Counted from the first letter of the stretch, positions 35,763-47,035 are shown. The stretch: 64,000 nt of DNA from Ignavibacteria bacterium (GCA_037445895.1 JBBIJO010000002.1:44967-108966), one strand, 5' to 3'. Numbers and translations: made by a program. Notes: generated from the sequence alone by a model not told the origin.

Positions 35763-36695
35763 TCAATCAGAAGATTCAAATTTTTTCACTCCTATTTCCT
35801 TCGGTTTTTTCCTCTGTTGGGTTTGTTTTTGATAGTGAAGAATAAATGTGCTCAACTCGCCAGAGAACAAAATAATAAAGAACAAATAATAAATCCATAC
35901 AACGATGGCAACAATAAATCCATAGGCACCATAGAACCTACTGTAGTTAGCAATATTCAATAGATAGTAGGTAAAAACTTGTCGAGAAACTTCGGCTAAT
36001 ATCGTGCAAATTATACTGCTTATGAGGACAATTGCAAAGGATAGTTTACGATTTGGAATAAACTTATAAACAAACAGGAAAAAGATAAAATAAAGAATAA
36101 TCCAAGTGATTTGCCAAGTAGCTTTCGACAGCAAATTCCCAAGCGATTCAGGAAGGCTATCGAATAAACTTTTCGTAATAAGATTGATTAATGGTAAAGC
36201 ATACCCCAAAATCAAAACAAAAACACTTAAAATAAAAGTAAGGAAAATATCTTTAATTTTGTAAAGAACAAATACTTTGGTAGTTTTTGCTTCGAAAACA
36301 ACGTTCAATCCGCTACGAAGTGAACTAAATACAGTCGAAGATAACCACAGCAACGACAAAATGCCAACCCACCCCACAAAGCTACTAACTGAAAAAATTT
36401 TGTCGGTTTCTTTCAATAACTCGCTAACAAAAGAATAAGATTGTTCTGTTTCTGGAAGAAAAGTAAAAAGTAGGTCGGCAGCAACATTGTTGAAATTATT
36501 CGTTCCAAAAATAAGATAAGTTATATAAATTCCAACAAGTATTAAAGGAATAATGTAGAGAATCACATTAAAAGCAACGGCTGCGGAAAGTAAAAAAATA
36601 TGGTGACGCTCAATTTGGATAATAAAATCGCGGACAATATAATATAGTCCCTTAATAAACTTAGGTATTTGAATTTTCAATATAGTGTGCCCCAC
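35763..36695 (-). CDS. YihY/BrkB-family inner-membrane protein
   Basis: N-terminal ...ERHHIFLLSAAVAFNVILYIIPLILV motif and 6 TM helices typical of YihY (formerly rbn). Confidence 0.75.
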   Translation of the reverse strand: MGHTILKIQIPKFIKGLYYIVRDFIIQIERHHIFLLSAAVAFNVILYIIPLILVGIYITYLIFGTNNFNNVAADLLFTFLPETEQSYSFVSELLKETDKIFSVSSFVGWVGILSLLWLSSTVFSSLRSGLNVVFEAKTTKVFVLYKIKDIFLTFILSVFVLILGYALPLINLITKSLFDSLPESLGNLLSKATWQITWIILYFIFFLFVYKFIPNRKLSFAIVLISSIICTILAEVSRQVFTYYLLNIANYSRFYGAYGFIVAIVVWIYYLFFIILFSGELSTFILHYQKQTQQRKKPKEIGVKKFESSD

Positions 36696-38217
36696 GACTT
36701 ACTTTATCTTCGATAGTTGCATTGGTTACAGCAATTGCAGTGAGAATACCATTCCGAAGTTGAAGAATTTCTTTGGACATTTTTGCACGCTGATAAAATT
36801 GTTCTATCTCACTTTGCAAATGGCGGAAAACCGTCACAGCACGCATTAGTCTTTGGCGTGTTCGGACTAAGCCAACATAATTCCACATAGTATTTTTAAT
36901 TGTTAACCAATCTTGGGCAATCAAGGCTGGATCGACCTCTTCGTGTTCCTCTTTCCACGGAAAAATCGGCGGTATATATTCATCTTCTTTCCGAATTTCG
37001 GAGGCATCCAATCCGGCATTATAACCCCAAACTACGGCTTCGAGAAGCGAAGTCGAAGCAAGACGATTTGCTCCGTGAACCCCAGTGCACGATACTTCGC
37101 CGATAGCATACAAGCGATTAAGCGAAGTCCGCCCCCGAAGACTTACACCAACCCCACCACAGGAATAGTGTGCTGCGGGAACAACCGGTATTGGTTCCTT
37201 AGTCATATCGACACCCGCCTTCAAAAGGTGATTATATATTGTTGGAAAACGATTTTTAATCCAATCAGAATTCTTGAAAGAAATATCGAGGTATACACAA
37301 GGATGACCCGTTCGAAGCATAGTTTGGTGAATCCCACGCGCAACAACATCACGAGGAGCAAGCGAACCAAGTTCATGAAATTCTTGCATAAACTCTTTCC
37401 TATTTTTATCGACAAGAATTCCACCTTCACCACGCACAGCTTCGCTTATTAAGAATCTGTCTCGTTCACTATAAAAGGCAGTAGGATGAAACTGAATAAA
37501 TTGTAAATTAAAAGTGCGGGCGCCAGCACGATAAGCAAGCGCAATCCCATCCCCTGTGGATTCCGGAGGATTTGTCGTATGTAAATAAATCTGGCCTAGT
37601 CCGCCAGTTGCCAAAATTGTCTTATATGCAAAAATTGGGAACACCTTGCCTGTTTGGTTATTTAATACAAAAGCTCCGAAACAGGTAGGTTTAGTATAAA
37701 TATCAATCGAATGTGTGGAATGGTGGGAAAGGGTTAAAAGGTCAACAGCAGTATGGTTGACGAGGTATTTTATTTTGGGTTGTTTCTTTAGAGATTCTAT
37801 CAAAGCCAGATGTATAGATTCGCCAGTTTTATCTTTCGAATGAATAATCCTATGCTCGGAGTGTGCCCCTTCGGAAGTTAAGTCGAGTTCACCGGTTTCG
37901 GTTCTATCGAAACCGACCCCATACTTTTCGATAAGTAATTCTTCCACCAATCGTGGACCCATTTCGACTATCAAATCGACAGCCGGTGGCCAGGAATGCC
38001 AGTGTCCTGCTTCAAAAATATCCCGTTTTAACTTGTCTTTGTCATCGTTTCGGCTACGAAATACGATTCCACCTTGTGCCCAAGGCGAGTTACCGCTCAA
38101 TAGAGAAGGTAGTTTCGTTATTAATAATACTTCTCTACCCCTTTCTGCAGCTGTCAAAGCCGCAATAATACCTGCAACACCCGAACCTATAACTAAAATC
38201 TCTGTTCTAATCTCCAC
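36661..38217 (-). CDS. nadB: L-aspartate oxidase
   Basis: VLVIGSGVAGIIAA FAD-binding N-terminus, flavoprotein core of the fumarate reductase/succinate dehydrogenase family, and ~518 aa length without the C-terminal SDH helical domain. Confidence 0.8.
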   Translation of the reverse strand: MEIRTEILVIGSGVAGIIAALTAAERGREVLLITKLPSLLSGNSPWAQGGIVFRSRNDDKDKLKRDIFEAGHWHSWPPAVDLIVEMGPRLVEELLIEKYGVGFDRTETGELDLTSEGAHSEHRIIHSKDKTGESIHLALIESLKKQPKIKYLVNHTAVDLLTLSHHSTHSIDIYTKPTCFGAFVLNNQTGKVFPIFAYKTILATGGLGQIYLHTTNPPESTGDGIALAYRAGARTFNLQFIQFHPTAFYSERDRFLISEAVRGEGGILVDKNRKEFMQEFHELGSLAPRDVVARGIHQTMLRTGHPCVYLDISFKNSDWIKNRFPTIYNHLLKAGVDMTKEPIPVVPAAHYSCGGVGVSLRGRTSLNRLYAIGEVSCTGVHGANRLASTSLLEAVVWGYNAGLDASEIRKEDEYIPPIFPWKEEHEEVDPALIAQDWLTIKNTMWNYVGLVRTRQRLMRAVTVFRHLQSEIEQFYQRAKMSKEILQLRNGILTAIAVTNATIEDKVSRGAHYIENSNT

Positions 38218-38476
38218 TCTTCATACCAAATTTAATTTTTAAAACCAAAATGATAAATGTCAAAGTGAAACCTATTGAGTTTGCAAAAATTATCGGTGCT
38301 TGTTGAATCAAAATCCCGTAGATTAACCAGCATAAAATTCCAGTGGTTAAAACAATATACATCAATAGTGAAATATCTTTCGTTTTCCTTGTTTTGATAA
38401 TTTTAATTGCTTGAGGAACGAAAGCGCTTGTAGTGAGAATTGCTGCTAAACTACCAACAAAAGGTGCAAACTCCAT
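38207..38476 (-). CDS. SemiSWEET (PQ-loop/MtN3 half-transporter)
   Basis: ~89 aa from the internal Met MEFAPFVG. Three TM helices, PQ motif in TM1 (FVPQAIKIIKTR). Last 11 nt overlap the nadB start. Confidence 0.6.
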   Translation of the reverse strand: MEFAPFVGSLAAILTTSAFVPQAIKIIKTRKTKDISLLMYIVLTTGILCWLIYGILIQQAPIIFANSIGFTLTFIILVLKIKFGMKSGD

Positions 38477-38478
38477 TG

Positions 38479-38895
38479 CTAATCTCCTATGATTTTGACA
38501 AGCACACGTTTCCTTCGTTTTCCGTCGAACTCCCCATAAAAAATCTGTTCCCAAGGTCCAAAATCCAACTTACCATTCGTAATTGCAACAACAACTTCGC
38601 GCCCCATAATTTGCCGTTTTAAATGTGCATCTGCATTGTCCTCGAAAGTATTGTGTCGATATTGTGAATAAGGCTTCTCCGGGGCAAGTTTCTCCAGCCA
38701 TACTTCGAAGTCACGATGGAGTCCCGCTTCGTCATCATTAATGAAAACGCTAGCTGTTATATGCATAGCATTTACTAAACATAAACCTTCCTTTACCCCA
38801 CTTTCTTCGACACAACGTTGAACATCGTTGGTAATGTTAATGAACTCACGACGATTTTCCGTATGAAAGAAAAGCTCTCGCCTAAAGGTTTTCAT
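38479..38895 (-). CDS. YjbQ-family (UPF0047) secondary thiamine-phosphate synthase-like protein
   Basis: MKTFRREL...ITNDVQ...[23 protein letters not shown]...[15 protein letters not shown] conserved blocks of YjbQ. Confidence 0.75.
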   Translation of the reverse strand: MKTFRRELFFHTENRREFINITNDVQRCVEESGVKEGLCLVNAMHITASVFINDDEAGLHRDFEVWLEKLAPEKPYSQYRHNTFEDNADAHLKRQIMGREVVVAITNGKLDFGPWEQIFYGEFDGKRRKRVLVKIIGD

Positions 38896-38905
38896 TTCGC
38901 ACCAG

Positions 38906-41695
38906 TTACATTTTAACAAATTTTCCAACTAAAACTAATTGTCGATTTTTCGCTTTAACGAAATAGATACCATCGGGAAGTGTTGGCAATAGAATTTCAC
39001 AGTAGTCATTTCCTAATATTAGTTTTTCCTCGAGAACAAGTTCACCAATACTATTAAATATTTCAATTTTGCAATCGCTTCTATCGAATCCATTTGGAAA
39101 AGTAAGTTCAAGTTTATCTTGCGCAGGATTGGGATATACTTCTAAATTCAAAAATCCTGGGTTGATGCTCTCCACACCCGACTTTAATATATTTCGAAGA
39201 AAAATGTTTTTTAGTGATTCCCTGTTGCGCTCTATTGAAAACATCATAATAAAAGTTTTTGTTTCGTCGGGACTCAATTCTCCTGGGAATTTCATACCAC
39301 AAACATTTGCAACATCGTCGAAACCATTAAATTGCCAAGAGGTCCCCGAATTCAAAGCAAGTATCTGTTTGTCCTTCGAAAAATTTGTTCGAACAGCAGA
39401 ATTTAAAGCTGCCGATTGAGGTTGGTTACTCGCACTTTCCGATAATACTCCAACACCAACAACAACCGAAGAATCGCTCGATTCTGTGAACTGAACCGCG
39501 GCGGCAATAGGAATAATTGTTTCCGGGATTGCTTCGGGAACCAGATAAGTTCGGTTACTATCGGAATTTGAACCAACATCCCAATCGAGATAATAGCCAA
39601 GAGAAACATTTTTTTTAACTTGTTTCGAAATATTTTTGACGCTTATTGCAATTTTGAAATAACTCTCATTTCGAGGAGGAATATAAACATTTTGTTGAAT
39701 TTCTAATCCTATTTTTTCAAGTTCGGTAGCCAAATCGTCGTTAACTATTCCAACTTCCGCATTTGGATTCATAAACGGCTTAACTATCTTAAAATCACTT
39801 CCATCGGGGTTCAAGCCAAACAAAGCAGAAACCACTCGATTACTGTCTTCGCTAACTACCAATCCTCCCTTGAATAACTGATTTCCAAGTTTTGTGTGTT
39901 GGACGCCAACCCCTATCTTCGATTCTCCCGAACTATAAAAGCCAAGTGTTCCCTTATCGCTAATCGAGAGCATAATTGAATCGTTACCAAAATTTGAAAC
40001 GACAGTAGTCGGAACAAAAGGAACTAAAAAGAAATCTTTGTATACATTTTCTCCTAATATATCTACTCGCAGAAACGTTCGATTCAAGTTTTCTTCTTTA
40101 ATGCGAAACGAAAAAGGACCAATTTCGAAATCGGCACCAGCAGCCAAATTAGGTAAATCAGATTCAGAATCTATTATTTCGAGCGAATTATCGAATATAT
40201 CAGCAACAGAAAGCACAAATCGTAGATTCTGTGCCGAAGCAAGGTAATTCTTAGCATCAATTCGTAAAACGACTGTATCGCCTACTAAAAAGCGTTCCTC
40301 GGGTATCGAATTGGTTCGATAAGTTTTAACTTGCTTGGGAAAAATTCCTGGAATCGACGATGGAGATATTTGCAGTATTTTTTCCATATTAACCCGACCG
40401 GGAACCATTAGTTCGAACGATGGATTGGCATCGGAAATGTTATCGGCGAGTTGGCGAACGTATTCAATTGTTTCTAAAGGTCCTAAACTAGGATATTTTG
40501 AACGAGCCATTGCAACAACACCAGCAACAACTGGTGCCGAAAAGGAAGTCCCACCAAAACTCGAAGCTTTATATTCGGCTTGTTTGTTTGTTATAATCCA
40601 ATTCCCAATCCCGGGAGCCATAATTCTTATCGTTTCATTCATTGTTGTCGTTCCAGTAACATAGTCCGACTGATTAACCTCCCCAACTGCTAATACTCCT
40701 TTGTAACCAGCAGGATACCAAACAGAAGATGAATTATTGCCATTCCCACCAGCCGCAACAACAACTACTCCCCGCGAAACAGCATAATCAATAATGGATT
40801 GGTCAATTGGAGAGAAGGGTTTTATCTTCCCCCAACTACAATTGACAACGTTAAACCCCCGAATTGCTGCATACAATATCCCTTGATAGCCATAATCGAT
40901 GCTTTGCAAAGTAACAATTTTCGAGGCTTTTATGGGGAATATTCTGCATTTATTGGCTACCCCGGCAATTCCTTTTCCATTATTAGTTGTCGCTCCGACA
41001 ATGCCAGCTACCGATGTGCCGTGCTCATTGGAATGATAGGTATCGCCTCCCTTTCCTTCGGTAGAATACGCAAGATTACAGCCGCGAAAATCATCGACGT
41101 AGCCATTGGCATCGTCGTCGATTCCATTATCTGGAATTTCACCCCAGTTCGGAGCAATGGAATTTTCGAGGTCTTCGTGGTTTTGGAAAATACCAGTATC
41201 AACTATTCCAATAACTACATTTGTATCGCCAAGAAACACATCCCACGTATGGAACGCCTTTATTGTGGCAAGCATAGTTTGTTGGTTAGCATAAGGGTCA
41301 TTGGGTATACCAAGCGGTTCATCGAGATAAATAGGTTCAGCAATTTCTATACTGGGATTTTCTCGCTTTATTCTTTCGCAAAACTTTGTGGGCTCCGCTC
41401 CATTTGGCAACTCGATAGAAAATGTTCGAAGTAAGGGTTCTTCCGCTTCCAAAACTTTTGAAAGATTCGATAAAGTATAATTATCGATTTTCTTAAAATT
41501 TTGAAATTTAAATCGAACGGAGCTTTCTATTGGAATAAGCCTTTGAAATTTAATCTTCTCGCTTTGCAGATAGGCGGTAATTATTTCTTCTTGAGTTCCT
41601 GGCTTAAACCGAATGTAAATTCTATTGGAAAAGTTACTTTCAGAATTACTTTCGAACTGGATAACCATTAAAAACAAAATAATAAGAACACACAT
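38906..41695 (-). CDS. S8 subtilisin-family peptidase with T9SS C-terminal sorting domain
   Basis: Catalytic triad motifs VDTGI (Asp), HGTSVAGIV (His), [12 protein letters not shown] (Ser). C-terminal ...[16 protein letters not shown]...GIYFVKAKN Por secretion tail. Confidence 0.85.
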   Translation of the reverse strand: MCVLIILFLMVIQFESNSESNFSNRIYIRFKPGTQEEIITAYLQSEKIKFQRLIPIESSVRFKFQNFKKIDNYTLSNLSKVLEAEEPLLRTFSIELPNGAEPTKFCERIKRENPSIEIAEPIYLDEPLGIPNDPYANQQTMLATIKAFHTWDVFLGDTNVVIGIVDTGIFQNHEDLENSIAPNWGEIPDNGIDDDANGYVDDFRGCNLAYSTEGKGGDTYHSNEHGTSVAGIVGATTNNGKGIAGVANKCRIFPIKASKIVTLQSIDYGYQGILYAAIRGFNVVNCSWGKIKPFSPIDQSIIDYAVSRGVVVVAAGGNGNNSSSVWYPAGYKGVLAVGEVNQSDYVTGTTTMNETIRIMAPGIGNWIITNKQAEYKASSFGGTSFSAPVVAGVVAMARSKYPSLGPLETIEYVRQLADNISDANPSFELMVPGRVNMEKILQISPSSIPGIFPKQVKTYRTNSIPEERFLVGDTVVLRIDAKNYLASAQNLRFVLSVADIFDNSLEIIDSESDLPNLAAGADFEIGPFSFRIKEENLNRTFLRVDILGENVYKDFFLVPFVPTTVVSNFGNDSIMLSISDKGTLGFYSSGESKIGVGVQHTKLGNQLFKGGLVVSEDSNRVVSALFGLNPDGSDFKIVKPFMNPNAEVGIVNDDLATELEKIGLEIQQNVYIPPRNESYFKIAISVKNISKQVKKNVSLGYYLDWDVGSNSDSNRTYLVPEAIPETIIPIAAAVQFTESSDSSVVVGVGVLSESASNQPQSAALNSAVRTNFSKDKQILALNSGTSWQFNGFDDVANVCGMKFPGELSPDETKTFIMMFSIERNRESLKNIFLRNILKSGVESINPGFLNLEVYPNPAQDKLELTFPNGFDRSDCKIEIFNSIGELVLEEKLILGNDYCEILLPTLPDGIYFVKAKNRQLVLVGKFVKM

Positions 41696-41829
41696 TGCTA
41701 AACCTATATAATTTTTTCAATCAAAAATTAAGACGATATAAATTGCAATTTAAATAATTATAAAGTGTTTTTTCTTACGGAATGAATTTATTATTTTGCT
41801 TTTTCGTTGTTGAACAAATCTGATTAATT

Positions 41830-43524
41830 GTGGAATTTATTGTAACAGCAAGGAAATGGCGTCCGCTTCGTTTCGATGAAATTGTTGGTCAAGAACACAT
41901 TACTACAACACTTAAAAATGCTGTCCTGCTGAATCGCCTACATCATGCTTTTCTATTCAGCGGTCCTCGTGGAGTTGGAAAAACCACAACTGCACGCATT
42001 CTTGCAAGGGTAGTAAATTGTAAAAATCAAAATGATGGCGAGCCTTGCAATAAATGCGATTCTTGCCGGGCAATTCTCGAAGGTAATTCTCTCGATGTCA
42101 TAGAAATCGATGGCGCTTCGAATAATAGCGTTGACGATATTCGAACATTGCGCGAAAATGCAAAATATCCTCCAAGCCTCGGTAAATATAAACTATATAT
42201 TATCGACGAAATTCATATGCTCTCGACTTCAGCGTTCAACGCATTGCTCAAGATATTAGAAGAACCACCAAAGCATTTGATTTTCGTCTTTGCAACAACC
42301 GAACTCCACAAGGTTCTTCCAACGATAACGAGTCGTTGCCAAAGATTTGAATTCCGTCGTATGGAAATGGAAGCAATAAAAAAACAAATTCAAAAGATTG
42401 CCGAAACCGAAGGAATACAAATAGACGAATTGAGCCTCTTCACAATATCAAAAAAAGCCGATGGTTCAATGCGCGATGCTCAAAGCATTTTCGACCAATT
42501 TGTCGCTTCCGCTGGAAAGACTATTACTTATGAAAAAATCAAAGATATACTGCATCTAATTGATACCGAATACTTTTTTAGGGTAACAGACGCAATACTC
42601 AACAAAAATTTACCCGCTGTTTTCGAAATTTCCCAAGAACTTGTATCCAATGGCTACGACTATCTCGAATTCCTTTCTGGACTGTTGGAACACTTCCGCA
42701 GTATTTTCACCTTGAAGGTAACAAAAAATCCTACCCTTCTTTCTGTTCCTTCCGCGATAACTAATAGATATACCGAAAATAGCGAAAAATTCGACGAAAA
42801 AGATTTATTAAGAATGCTGAATTTAATAGCTCAAACCGAGCAGCAACTTAAGTTTGCGTCGCAACCAAAAATCCGCTTGGAACTTTTGCTAGCACAACTG
42901 ATTGAAATGCCTTCGGTAACCGAAATCACCGAACTAATAGCTAAAATAAATGAACTTAAAACTCTTCCAAACAAATCTACAATAACTACTCCCACTTCCA
43001 TTCCCACACAGGTTCAGCCCTCTTACTCACATACTCAACTAAATCATCCGAATAAGCCAGAAGTCCCTGCTTCCAAAATAAAAACATCTAAGTTTACAGA
43101 GCCCAACATTACCCCAGAACAAAAAACTTGGGACGATTTCCTTGAAAGAAACAAAAAAAACCTCAATGGACTGCAAAGTATCTCGAAGAGCGAGTTTGTC
43201 CGAGTAGAATTCAAAGGAACACAAATAGTTATATTTATTTCAAATCAATTCGCATATGAAAACATCAATAACAAACGCCGTCAACTGAGAGCAGCCGTTA
43301 AAGATTACTTTGGCAACGATTACGATGTTGAAATAGTTTTTGCGGAGAACATAATAAACGATGTCTCTAATTTTCCTTCAACGACAGAACAAAGCAGTTT
43401 AACCCAAACGACTCAAGACATTGATTCGGTTAATGCTGCAAAAATTACACAGCCAAGCAACAGCACAGAGTTGGAACAAACAATAATAGAACTTTTCAAT
43501 GCTAGGGAAATCCCTTTGCCGTGA
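41830..43524 (+). CDS. dnaX: DNA polymerase III subunit gamma/tau
   Basis: GTG start. ARKWRPLRFDEIVGQEH, Walker A GPRGVGKTT, zinc module CNKCDSC, SRC motif. 564 aa. Confidence 0.85.
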   Translation: MEFIVTARKWRPLRFDEIVGQEHITTTLKNAVLLNRLHHAFLFSGPRGVGKTTTARILARVVNCKNQNDGEPCNKCDSCRAILEGNSLDVIEIDGASNNSVDDIRTLRENAKYPPSLGKYKLYIIDEIHMLSTSAFNALLKILEEPPKHLIFVFATTELHKVLPTITSRCQRFEFRRMEMEAIKKQIQKIAETEGIQIDELSLFTISKKADGSMRDAQSIFDQFVASAGKTITYEKIKDILHLIDTEYFFRVTDAILNKNLPAVFEISQELVSNGYDYLEFLSGLLEHFRSIFTLKVTKNPTLLSVPSAITNRYTENSEKFDEKDLLRMLNLIAQTEQQLKFASQPKIRLELLLAQLIEMPSVTEITELIAKINELKTLPNKSTITTPTSIPTQVQPSYSHTQLNHPNKPEVPASKIKTSKFTEPNITPEQKTWDDFLERNKKNLNGLQSISKSEFVRVEFKGTQIVIFISNQFAYENINNKRRQLRAAVKDYFGNDYDVEIVFAENIINDVSNFPSTTEQSSLTQTTQDIDSVNAAKITQPSNSTELEQTIIELFNAREIPLP

Positions 43525-43574
43525 AAGATTCGAATTTATTTACAATAATTTGTGGTAAATAATAAGTTTGATGC

Positions 43575-44876
43575 TTATTTTAGCAGCGGACCGTAATGTT
43601 CAAACATATATTTTACAACCGCTTCGGCTTCCTTCGGTTTTAGGCCCTGGTTTGGCATTGGAGGGTAATTAGGATCTACTTTAATCGGGTTAAGAATAAA
43701 TTTAACCATATCGCCTTGCCTGTTCTCATATTTTTTGAGGACTTCTTTGTGTGGGGGCCCAACAAGCTTCGTATCGAATTGATGACAAGCAATGCATTTG
43801 GCTTTGTATATTTCTTCGCCATTTATTTTTCCAACAACACGCCCAGCCGATGCAAGTAATCTTTCTTCGTAAGCTTGATAATCTTTTATAATTCGAAACT
43901 CTTGCACTTTATTTGAAACAGCAAAAAGTGTGCTTTCCGAACCAAAAAACAACAAATAAGAAACAATTGCTATATAAAATGAAATTCGAGCAAACCGAAG
44001 ATTAAAATCTTTGAAAGCAAAATAAGCAAAAGTTAAAGCAAGCAAAAGCACCAACACAGAAACAATTACTAAAATATAATATTGAAAACTTACTGAACTA
44101 ATCGGAGTTATCGAATACAACAAGAATAAGAAAAATGGGAAAAACAACCCAAAAACAAGAGCCCGCGAAACAACTTTTTTAGTAAAAGCGCTTTCTCCTA
44201 TCGAAGACTCGCCCCCCGGCAATCTATCGGCAGAAAACCTAAAAAATGCGTAACCAAGCGAAGAAAGCAACAATCCCCCAATAATAAACAATATAACTCG
44301 CAAAACAACCTTGGGAGAAAATAAAAAAGTCGAAATGGAAAATTTCGAATTTGGCTCTATGAACTGAACAAAAATAGACGTTGCAATCCATACTGTTACC
44401 AACACAAGTAGCATTGAAGCAAAAACCAAAGTCAACTGCAAAGTGCTTACTTTTCGGTTCGCCGATATTTCTTCGATCTGTGCCAAACATTTTAAGTCTC
44501 GTCTATAAAATTGTATTGCAATAAACCAACACAAATAAGCTAATAAAGAAATTAGAAACCAAATTTCAAATTTTAACATATTAGGGAGTTGGAACTGTAT
44601 TAAAATAAAAAATACTGCAAGCAGAGCAACAAAACCAAGTCCCATTGGAGGAATAATCCCCTTTCCGCTCTGATTAGCAAAGTCGAAAGAATGCTTAAAG
44701 TAGAAAGTATTGAGTAGCTTATTGCCTTTTAACGCGTAGTAAAAAGAATTGAATAAACTCCCAAACACAATGGCTAAATAAATCTCGAGAACAGAAAAAC
44801 CAATAAACAATAGGAATTCTAATAATTTCAACGTAGGTTCAGAGTGGGGAATTGCAATAAGTTGAAAAAATTTCAT
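43575..44876 (-). CDS. polytopic membrane protein (about 8 TM) fused to a C-terminal monoheme class-I cytochrome c domain
   Basis: ~330-aa hydrophobic N-terminal region without the His pattern of CtaA. C-terminal ~90 aa with CIACHQ heme site and a downstream ...PMP... Met as candidate sixth ligand. Located next to cyoE and the cox genes. Confidence 0.5.
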   Translation of the reverse strand: MKFFQLIAIPHSEPTLKLLEFLLFIGFSVLEIYLAIVFGSLFNSFYYALKGNKLLNTFYFKHSFDFANQSGKGIIPPMGLGFVALLAVFFILIQFQLPNMLKFEIWFLISLLAYLCWFIAIQFYRRDLKCLAQIEEISANRKVSTLQLTLVFASMLLVLVTVWIATSIFVQFIEPNSKFSISTFLFSPKVVLRVILFIIGGLLLSSLGYAFFRFSADRLPGGESSIGESAFTKKVVSRALVFGLFFPFFLFLLYSITPISSVSFQYYILVIVSVLVLLLALTFAYFAFKDFNLRFARISFYIAIVSYLLFFGSESTLFAVSNKVQEFRIIKDYQAYEERLLASAGRVVGKINGEEIYKAKCIACHQFDTKLVGPPHKEVLKKYENRQGDMVKFILNPIKVDPNYPPMPNQGLKPKEAEAVVKYMFEHYGPLLK

Positions 44877-44886
44877 CTCGGCTCTC

Positions 44887-45759
44887 CTAGTAATTAAGAA
44901 ATTTATTTAAAGAAAGCAAAATCATCACAAACAGAACAAAAATATTAAGCTCGACGAAGGCAGTTCGGTAGAAATTGCTTGGTTGGACAAGTTTGAGTAA
45001 TTTCGAACAACGAATTAAAAGGTAAACACCGAGAACAATCATTATAGGTAAAGTTGCCACACTTACCCTTTCGCCAAACAGTGGAATCGAAAGCCCACAA
45101 ACAACAAGAGCTATTATCCACATAAATGAAATTCTCGAAATTTGGCGCGTCGTTAATTTATCTGTTAAAACAGGGAATCCTGCTTTTCGATAGTCATTTT
45201 CGTAAAGAATTAATAGCAACCAAAAATGTGGCATCTGCCAAATAAAGAAAAACGTCGATAAAGCTATATTTTGAGGATGTGTTAAGTCTCCACCAGCAAA
45301 AGCCCATCCAATAGCAGGTGGTATTGCCCCAATAAATGCCCCTGGAAAAGCAGCATAGGGTGAAATTCTTTTCAATGGAGTATAAATTGCGTTATAAACT
45401 ACTAATGCAGACATCCCGAGAAGGAACGGAATTCCATCGGTTGCAAACGCAAACAAAGAAATCAATCCTAATAAAATTAACAGAATCGAAAAGGAAGTTC
45501 CTCGCGATGGGGATAGCTTTCTCGAAGGAATGGGGCGGTTTGCTGTTCGGTTCATTTTGGCATCTAACCACCATTCTTGCGCTTCGTTCAAAGCACCCGA
45601 GCCACTTGCCAAAAGGAAAACGCCGATGAATAAAAAAACCATATCGTAGTTTACTACATTCGCAGAAAGGATATAACCCACCAATGATGAAATTGCGACC
45701 GAGAGAGCAATTCGAAACTTAATAAGAACTAACAAATCTTTAAAACTTATGCTTTTCAA
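44887..45759 (-). CDS. ctaB: protoheme IX farnesyltransferase (heme O synthase)
   Basis: UbiA-fold with conserved Asp-rich motifs. 290 aa. Directly downstream of the oxidase genes. Confidence 0.8.
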   Translation of the reverse strand: MKSISFKDLLVLIKFRIALSVAISSLVGYILSANVVNYDMVFLFIGVFLLASGSGALNEAQEWWLDAKMNRTANRPIPSRKLSPSRGTSFSILLILLGLISLFAFATDGIPFLLGMSALVVYNAIYTPLKRISPYAAFPGAFIGAIPPAIGWAFAGGDLTHPQNIALSTFFFIWQMPHFWLLLILYENDYRKAGFPVLTDKLTTRQISRISFMWIIALVVCGLSIPLFGERVSVATLPIMIVLGVYLLIRCSKLLKLVQPSNFYRTAFVELNIFVLFVMILLSLNKFLNY

Positions 45760-46736
45760 TTTTGTTTGGCAAACTTGTTATACAAAAATTCCACAATTTG
45801 TTCGAGTTCCTCATCGTTGACTTTGTTCAGTTGTTGGGGCATTTTAACTTTATCGAAACCATCAACAAGCTCTAATTCTGGATACATAATCGAGCGTCGA
45901 AGGTAATCTTTATCGATGACAACCAAAGTATCCTTCCCTTGGGACTTTACACGAGCTTGACCCCGGTTTAAGCTAGTGAAAGATGGTGCAATCGATTGCG
46001 AACCGTCGAGGCTGTGGCACTGGATACATCCTTTAGCAAAAAGAATAGCGTAATTACTCGAAGCAAATTCTCTATATTTATTGCTATGATTTGCAAGATA
46101 TAACTTCAAAAAGTCGTCGGTAGCTCGACCATCGTACCAAAGAGCAAACTCTTTTTCAGGAACTACATAAACTTTTGAATACATAAGAGAATGGTTCATC
46201 CCACAATATTCAGCACAAGCAATTTCGAACACCCCAGTTTCTTTAGCATTAACAACCATATAGTTTGTCCTCCCCGCAACCGCGTCTTCTTTAATACGAA
46301 ACGCCGGAATATAGAAACTATGGTTAACATCTATCGAGGTGATTGTAAATTTTATTGGTTTGTTGGAAGGAATAAACAAAGTATCGGTAACTTTGCCGTT
46401 TGGATAAGTAAACTTCCATACCCACATTTTTGCTTCGACTTTAATTTCCATTGCTCCCGGTGGAACATACCTCGATTGCTTAAAAGTTACATAGCCAAAA
46501 TAAAACATTCCAAGAGCAAGAGCAACAGGAACTATAACCCAGACGATTTCTAAAGCTTTATTCCCTTCAATTTGAGAAGCAATTGGATTCTTCCTGCGAT
46601 TATATTTAACTACAAAATAAATCATTGCACCAGTAACACCAAGGAGTAGAACCACAGCAGTCCCTACTATCAACAGCATTACAAGGTCAACATTTCTGGC
46701 ATATTGTGAAGCTTCTGCAAACATATCAATTCTCAC
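45756..46736 (-). CDS. coxB: cytochrome c oxidase subunit II with C-terminal cytochrome c domain (caa3-type)
   Basis: CuA site H...CAEYCGMNHSLM. C-terminal CIQCH heme c motif. Two N-terminal TM helices. Confidence 0.85.
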   Translation of the reverse strand: MRIDMFAEASQYARNVDLVMLLIVGTAVVLLLGVTGAMIYFVVKYNRRKNPIASQIEGNKALEIVWVIVPVALALGMFYFGYVTFKQSRYVPPGAMEIKVEAKMWVWKFTYPNGKVTDTLFIPSNKPIKFTITSIDVNHSFYIPAFRIKEDAVAGRTNYMVVNAKETGVFEIACAEYCGMNHSLMYSKVYVVPEKEFALWYDGRATDDFLKLYLANHSNKYREFASSNYAILFAKGCIQCHSLDGSQSIAPSFTSLNRGQARVKSQGKDTLVVIDKDYLRRSIMYPELELVDGFDKVKMPQQLNKVNDEELEQIVEFLYNKFAKQN

Positions 46737-47023
46737 CTGAAAAATACATCAAATGAAGTTAAGATAAAGATAGAGGCAAGGGTTGCCAAAGCTACAAAGA
46801 AAAATACTTTGAAAATTGCATCATCAAACTTAATATGCATAAAATAAAGTATAACCAATGTAGATTTAATTGCTGCAATAAACAAAGCAACAAACAAAGC
46901 TATTTTTTTCAAATCGACTCCGGCGACTGCAACCGTCAACACTGTCAACGAAATAAGGCTCAACCAAATGAGGACGTAGGTCCCATAATTGATTAGGTGT
47001 TCTTTGTGTTCAACTTTTTCCAT
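46733..47023 (-). CDS. cytochrome c oxidase subunit IV-like small membrane protein
   Basis: 96 aa, 3 TM. Position between subunit III and II genes. Confidence 0.45.
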   Translation of the reverse strand: MEKVEHKEHLINYGTYVLIWLSLISLTVLTVAVAGVDLKKIALFVALFIAAIKSTLVILYFMHIKFDDAIFKVFFFVALATLASIFILTSFDVFFR

Positions 47024-47035
47024 ACATATCTCCTA

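Noticed and set aside
36913-37452. 179-aa ORF on plus strand inside nadB
   Set aside because: Antisense to a confidently assigned L-aspartate oxidase. No independent signals.
40799-41434. 211-aa plus-strand ORF inside the S8 peptidase gene
   Set aside because: Antisense to the subtilisin catalytic core. No motifs. Shadow ORF.
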